Source: Klebsormidium nitens (lineage: Eukaryota > Plantae > Klebsormidiophyceae). Taken from it: a stretch of 54,913 bases of DNA. Position 1 is the first letter of the stretch, and each line of letters opens with the position of its first letter. Shown here piece after piece: positions 50,901-54,913 of this stretch. The position numbers and the translations under genes were made by a program. Under the pieces are notes generated by a model that had not been told where the DNA came from, searched no databases, and worked only from the letters and a program-made list of their open reading frames with translations. Where the stretch lies: the NCBI GenBank assembly GCA_000708835.1, contig DF237533.1, positions 1 to 54,913 on the forward strand, given 5' to 3'.

Positions 50901-52691
50901 TCTGCTTCTCTACCTGCCAGAAAATAACACGACCCTTGCCACGTGTCACATTGTCAAAATAGAAAGCCGACGTCCCAAGAGGTAGCTGCTCGATCCCCAC
51001 CCTAATGATCGGGACCGACCGTCTCGTGGTCGTCAGGAGGCGGGGTTCCGGTGCTCCGCCGATGCTGTTCCGGCGGATCAAGTTCAAGAGCTGAGCAACG
51101 CCCTAGAGCTCGACCGACTCCGTCCAATCAGCAACTCTGCCACCTCTCATCTCATCAATCTCTCGCCCTTAATGATTCTTGCCCTCAAAGATGGATTCAC
51201 AAAATTCTGGCTTTCAGGAGGCTGGTTTCCGGTGTGCCGCCGACGCTGTTCCGGCGGATCGCGTGCAAGAGCTGAGCAACACCCTAGAGTTCTACCCCTC
51301 CCGAGCGGAGGCCCGGGAGATGGCGGCGGAGGCCCGGGGGACAGGCGACGGTAACGCTCCCGCGGAGATCACTCTGGAGAGTTACCTCGAGGTCCTGGAG
51401 CAGCACCGCCCGGCGGAGGGGTTGGAGGAGTCGCAGCTGGAGCGAGCGTTCCAGGTACGGAGAAGTTTACAAGCACTGCCATGTTCATTTTGTCTATCCT
51501 CGTACTGATTCGATCTTTCGCAGTGACGATGAAAAAGATGAGCGGAGCATTCCTTCTGGTGGTTCTCGCTCGCTCGGAAGAAAGCGTGAGCACTTTCAAA
51601 TTATGGAGCACGTTTAAGATCTGCAGCGGCCTTTGACATACCAAGTGGACGAAGAAGACCGTCAAAACCTTCTGCTCAGAGCTCGCTGGAAGGAAGGATG
51701 ACTTGGAAACATGACAGCTCGACCGAAGCTGTTGCGAACATTAGACTTGACACCTACAAAGAGGTTACCATGAGCACAAACTCGATGACAGTGACGGAGC
51801 AACAGCGAGACCTACAAGATGCTTTGTATCTTAGCCTTCTCGCCCTTGCAAGAAACGCTTCCCCGAATCGGCTCTCAAGCAGACGAGGAGCCCGGAACAG
51901 GGATTGAACAGAAACCATTCATCAGTTTGGTTCCCTTCTTGCAGGATCTCGGCGCGGATCCGGCAACCGGAGCGCTGTCCCGAGAGAAGCTTCTTCAGAT
52001 GCTACTGGAGGAAGGAGAACCGCTAACCAGGTACGGATCAGGACACGGCCCGACTCCCCACCCGAGTTTAGTCCCGTTCCGCCTTTGCTCAGTGCACAAT
52101 TTCTTTCCTGCTTCAAGGCGGGCAGGGCCGCTCGCCGTTTCGTATTGGGTTGTGTCTTCGACCGGGTTGCGCTTCTCTTCTTATTTCTTGCCGTGCTTGT
52201 TGTCCAAGCGGGATTCGCGGGCGGAAGAGCTTACTAACGAGGCAAACACGTCAGGACATCTTGAAAGAGTCCAACTTCATTTCCATACGATTGGCTATAA
52301 GTACGCATCAACTTAGTTCTCGCATCCTTTTGGTTTCCTATTCCTAGCCATCCGCCGGTTGTTTCAAGTGCCGATCCGGCCAGCTTCTTCCACTTTTTCA
52401 TGGGCGGATTCCGAGCGTCACCTGCCTGAGGCCCCTGAGCCTCAGAACGGAGATATCAATAGCAGGAGAAACCTGAAACTTAAGAACACTCTGAAGCTTT
52501 CCCGTTTGGAGCTTTCCTGTTTCTAATGGTTTTCGGTTTGTCTCCGCAGGGAGGAGCTGGACGCGTGCCTGTCTACAATGGCCGGACAGCCCACGTCAGC
52601 AACGGCGTGGCCCGAGGAACTAGGCGTGCCGGAATTTGCGGCACTTGCGCTGGGTTTTGAGAACCCTCAACCCGAGATCGAAGCAGTATAA
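41964..52691 (+). CDS. CFAP251: Cilia- and flagella-associated protein 251 (WDR66), WD40 repeats with EF-hand-like C-terminus
   Basis: About 17 exons: 41964-41984 (MAIPQAL), 42260-42394, 43019-~43251, ~43670-43832, ~44480, ~45115, ~45658, 46547, ~47297, ~47778, ~48321, ~49025, ~49597, ~50251, 51218, ~51944, 52550-52691. Motifs LQGH, RFFDARLRLVAWFED, YLAYATKERVAGLIKLPLTGDPNRTMGLLAQPG, FYPS, LALGF. Some internal boundaries are approximate. Confidence 0.9.
46261..46590 (+). repeat. Acceptor plus exon start of the CFAP251 46547 exon present three times
   Basis: CAG|GGC... copies at 46261-46330 and 46397-46440 versus the real site at 46543-46590. Confidence 0.9.
50174..50201 (+). repeat. (GCTCGAA)x4 short tandem repeat in a CFAP251 intron
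   Basis: Three perfect units and one imperfect unit. Confidence 0.8.
51031..51295 (+). repeat. Acceptor plus exon start of the CFAP251 51218 exon duplicated 181 bp upstream
   Basis: TCAG|GAGGCGGGGTTCCGG... at 51033-51110 versus TCAG|GAGGCTGGTTTCCGG... at 51214-51291. Confidence 0.92.
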
Positions 52692-54913
52692 ATCGATCAA
52701 CCAGGTTTAACAAGGTCACAGAAAGCTGCATCTGCACTGGGATAGCCAAGACAAAACTCCTCGACCCTGCCCCACCTTCTCATGGCTGTGACTGTCAGAC
52801 TGTCAGCTTTTGACATTTAATTTCTTCCGTCTCCGCATCCGTGGACCGTCTAACCTGACGTCTCGAAACAGCCGAAACAAAAGGAGTAACATTATCAAGG
52901 TCTTGTGACGTTTGGGCCTCGTTTTTCGAATTGGGCCGTTGTTTTTAAGGCTCCGAAGAAGCTTTCGCAGTTCGACTTGTGTATCCGCTTGAAGGCAACA
53001 GTCACATTGCCGAAGTTACTTGGGAATATCCGCCGTGTGATGTGCCGACCGGATGTAAGGCAGCGAACGGGTTCCTTTTCAGGTATGATGCTGGCAGAAC
53101 CCTTTCCGAAGTTCCCCTTCGAAGCCACATACATGGCCGCGCTAAGCTTACCAAACATTGGCCGGAATACTGCAACTGCAATCTGGGCAATCGTTTATGC
53201 GGCGCTCAGGCCAAATTTCGCTTAAATCAAAGTTGTTCTAGTAGACCGCTGGTTGGACAGATGTGATATATTACAAGTGAAAGACCTACCTCAGTGGTAT
53301 GGTGGTATCAACTGGTGTTTCATCCAAAGATTCTATCACCACGATTCATGCAATTTATCATTATCTTTGACTCGTGGATCGGTTACAGGCACTCGCATGG
53401 TCGGAAGAATCGTGCTAAGTCCGAGTCAAACAATCACACGTCAGTATCCCATACAAGGCGAATCGACTACCTACCTAGAGAGGCCCAATAAGCCCGCGCG
53501 CGAACTAATAGCTGGATCAGCTTGGACTTAGCTGGAAGTTGCACCATGCATGTATAGACGTGTGGAGGAGATGTGGAGTGCTGTCATCCCACGCTTTGTC
53601 CATTGGTATAATAATTTTGTACTCAAACGTCTGAGCTCCAGTAATTCCGCTAACAACCTCCGCCTTTCTCGTCGAAAATTTCGCGAAATCCGTACGCCGC
53701 CTCTTTCCTACTGGTTCATGCATAAAGTTCGAACAGGAAGTCGGGAAGCTGTCGACATTCGACTGCAAGGCGTGAGTCAGTTTTCCAAAACGTCAACTGT
53801 GTACGGTCACCGGTGTACCGTGTCCCTGCTACCCAGCGGCCTGAATCCTTAATCCGGTCGGCGGGTGGTATCTTGTCGAATGGTATGCCGTACACCGTAT
53901 CTTGATTCTTGATCCGATTTCAATGGCTACGAAGATACCGTCCATTATTAGATGTACGCAGTACGGTATTAAGCTGTACCCTTACTAAAAAGTACCCTTA
54001 ATAAGTTGGGTACCGGTAATAACCTCGTAATTGTCGTACGGAATCATATCCAAGATTAGGTTTTGCCATATGTCGGAACTCGACGAAAAAGATTCTGGAT
54101 CTTTGGCGTCTCACGCGCAAAGAAGGATGGCCGCTCCGGACCATGGCTGGATGTTTTGGTCAGGACTCAAAATGGTACTGGTACCTACCACCGGGCGCAG
54201 TAACGGCGACTCAGCTCTTGCTTTGCAGGGCGCCTGCGCGCCGCTGGCGCCCCCCGGGCATATCTAGCAGAATTCATAATTAAGCTCGATTATTGGCCGG
54301 ACTCCTGTATTACGGTATATTAGCACGCGAGTCACGAACCCGTCACGCAAGTGTGCCAACGATACAAGCAGATTGAGATCCTTTGCACTTCAGGTCATGC
54401 AAGGAGAGAAACGCAGCCGAATCTGCCAGCCATAAATGGGTGTCTCACGTACGGGGATACTTGACGTAGTCCTATCATTGTAAGACTGTACGTGGCTAGG
54501 AAGCCAGTAGTACGGTATGTCAGTACTGAGTAGACGGTAGATCTAGATATGTTTACCGGTATACCAACTTTCAAGGTCGCCTGGAGACATTGCCTTTATA
54601 TGTGTCTTTCGCGATTTTAGTGCAGGATTCGGCCACATTCTCAAGAGCAGGCGGACTTCTGCTTCGTGGTCGAAACGCATGCCCGGAGGCTGCAGTCCGG
54701 AGCACTAAACTTAGTCTCAGGCTCAGCCAATCACAGTCATGACTCATGAGCCCCAGATGCAGGCAAGTCGTACACATGTACGGTAAGTCCGAGGATACTG
54801 TTCCAGTAAAAAGCACTTGAAGCCTGAAGGTAGAACTTGACGATATCGATCGAAGGTATGACAGTTGACTCATATGGCTCGATTATATGCCAACTTATAC
54901 AGCAGGATCGGCT

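Noticed and set aside
53975-54001. Two GTACCCTTA words resembling the right end of the 9562 MITE
   Set aside because: Only 9 bp, with no matching TIR body or partner end.
52895-54873. Several 60-106 aa ORFs after CFAP251
   Set aside because: Strand and frame are ambiguous and there is no motif. A gene end may enter from beyond the window but cannot be supported.

Overview
Intron-rich eukaryotic nuclear DNA with GT-AG introns, GC3-rich exons and (C)TGAC branch points. Gene content (plant-type IAR1, TOM2B and plastid DnaJ-ferredoxin plus a flagellar WD40 protein) suggests a streptophyte green alga, Klebsormidium-like (inference). Hand-built spliced models: an orphan gene (+, 2429-5682), a candidate 178-aa membrane protein (-, 7765-8767), TOM2B (-), a small nucleolar-type RPPRLGLGAK protein (+), Y14/RBM8A (-), an IAR1-type ZIP transporter (+), an intronless F-box/LRR-like gene (+), plastid DnaJ with a 4Fe-4S domain (-), a kinesin-light-chain-like TPR protein (+) and CFAP251/WDR66 (+). 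Non-coding structure: two clear TIR miniature elements (2915-3185 with ~94-bp arms; 9562-10086 with TTA target duplication) and a possible third. The most unusual pattern is at least seven short tandem 'echoes' of exon boundaries, each including its splice site, in four unrelated genes. Several differ from the real exon mostly at synonymous positions. No rRNA, tRNA, CRISPR array or transposase was recognised. All alignments and counts were done by eye.
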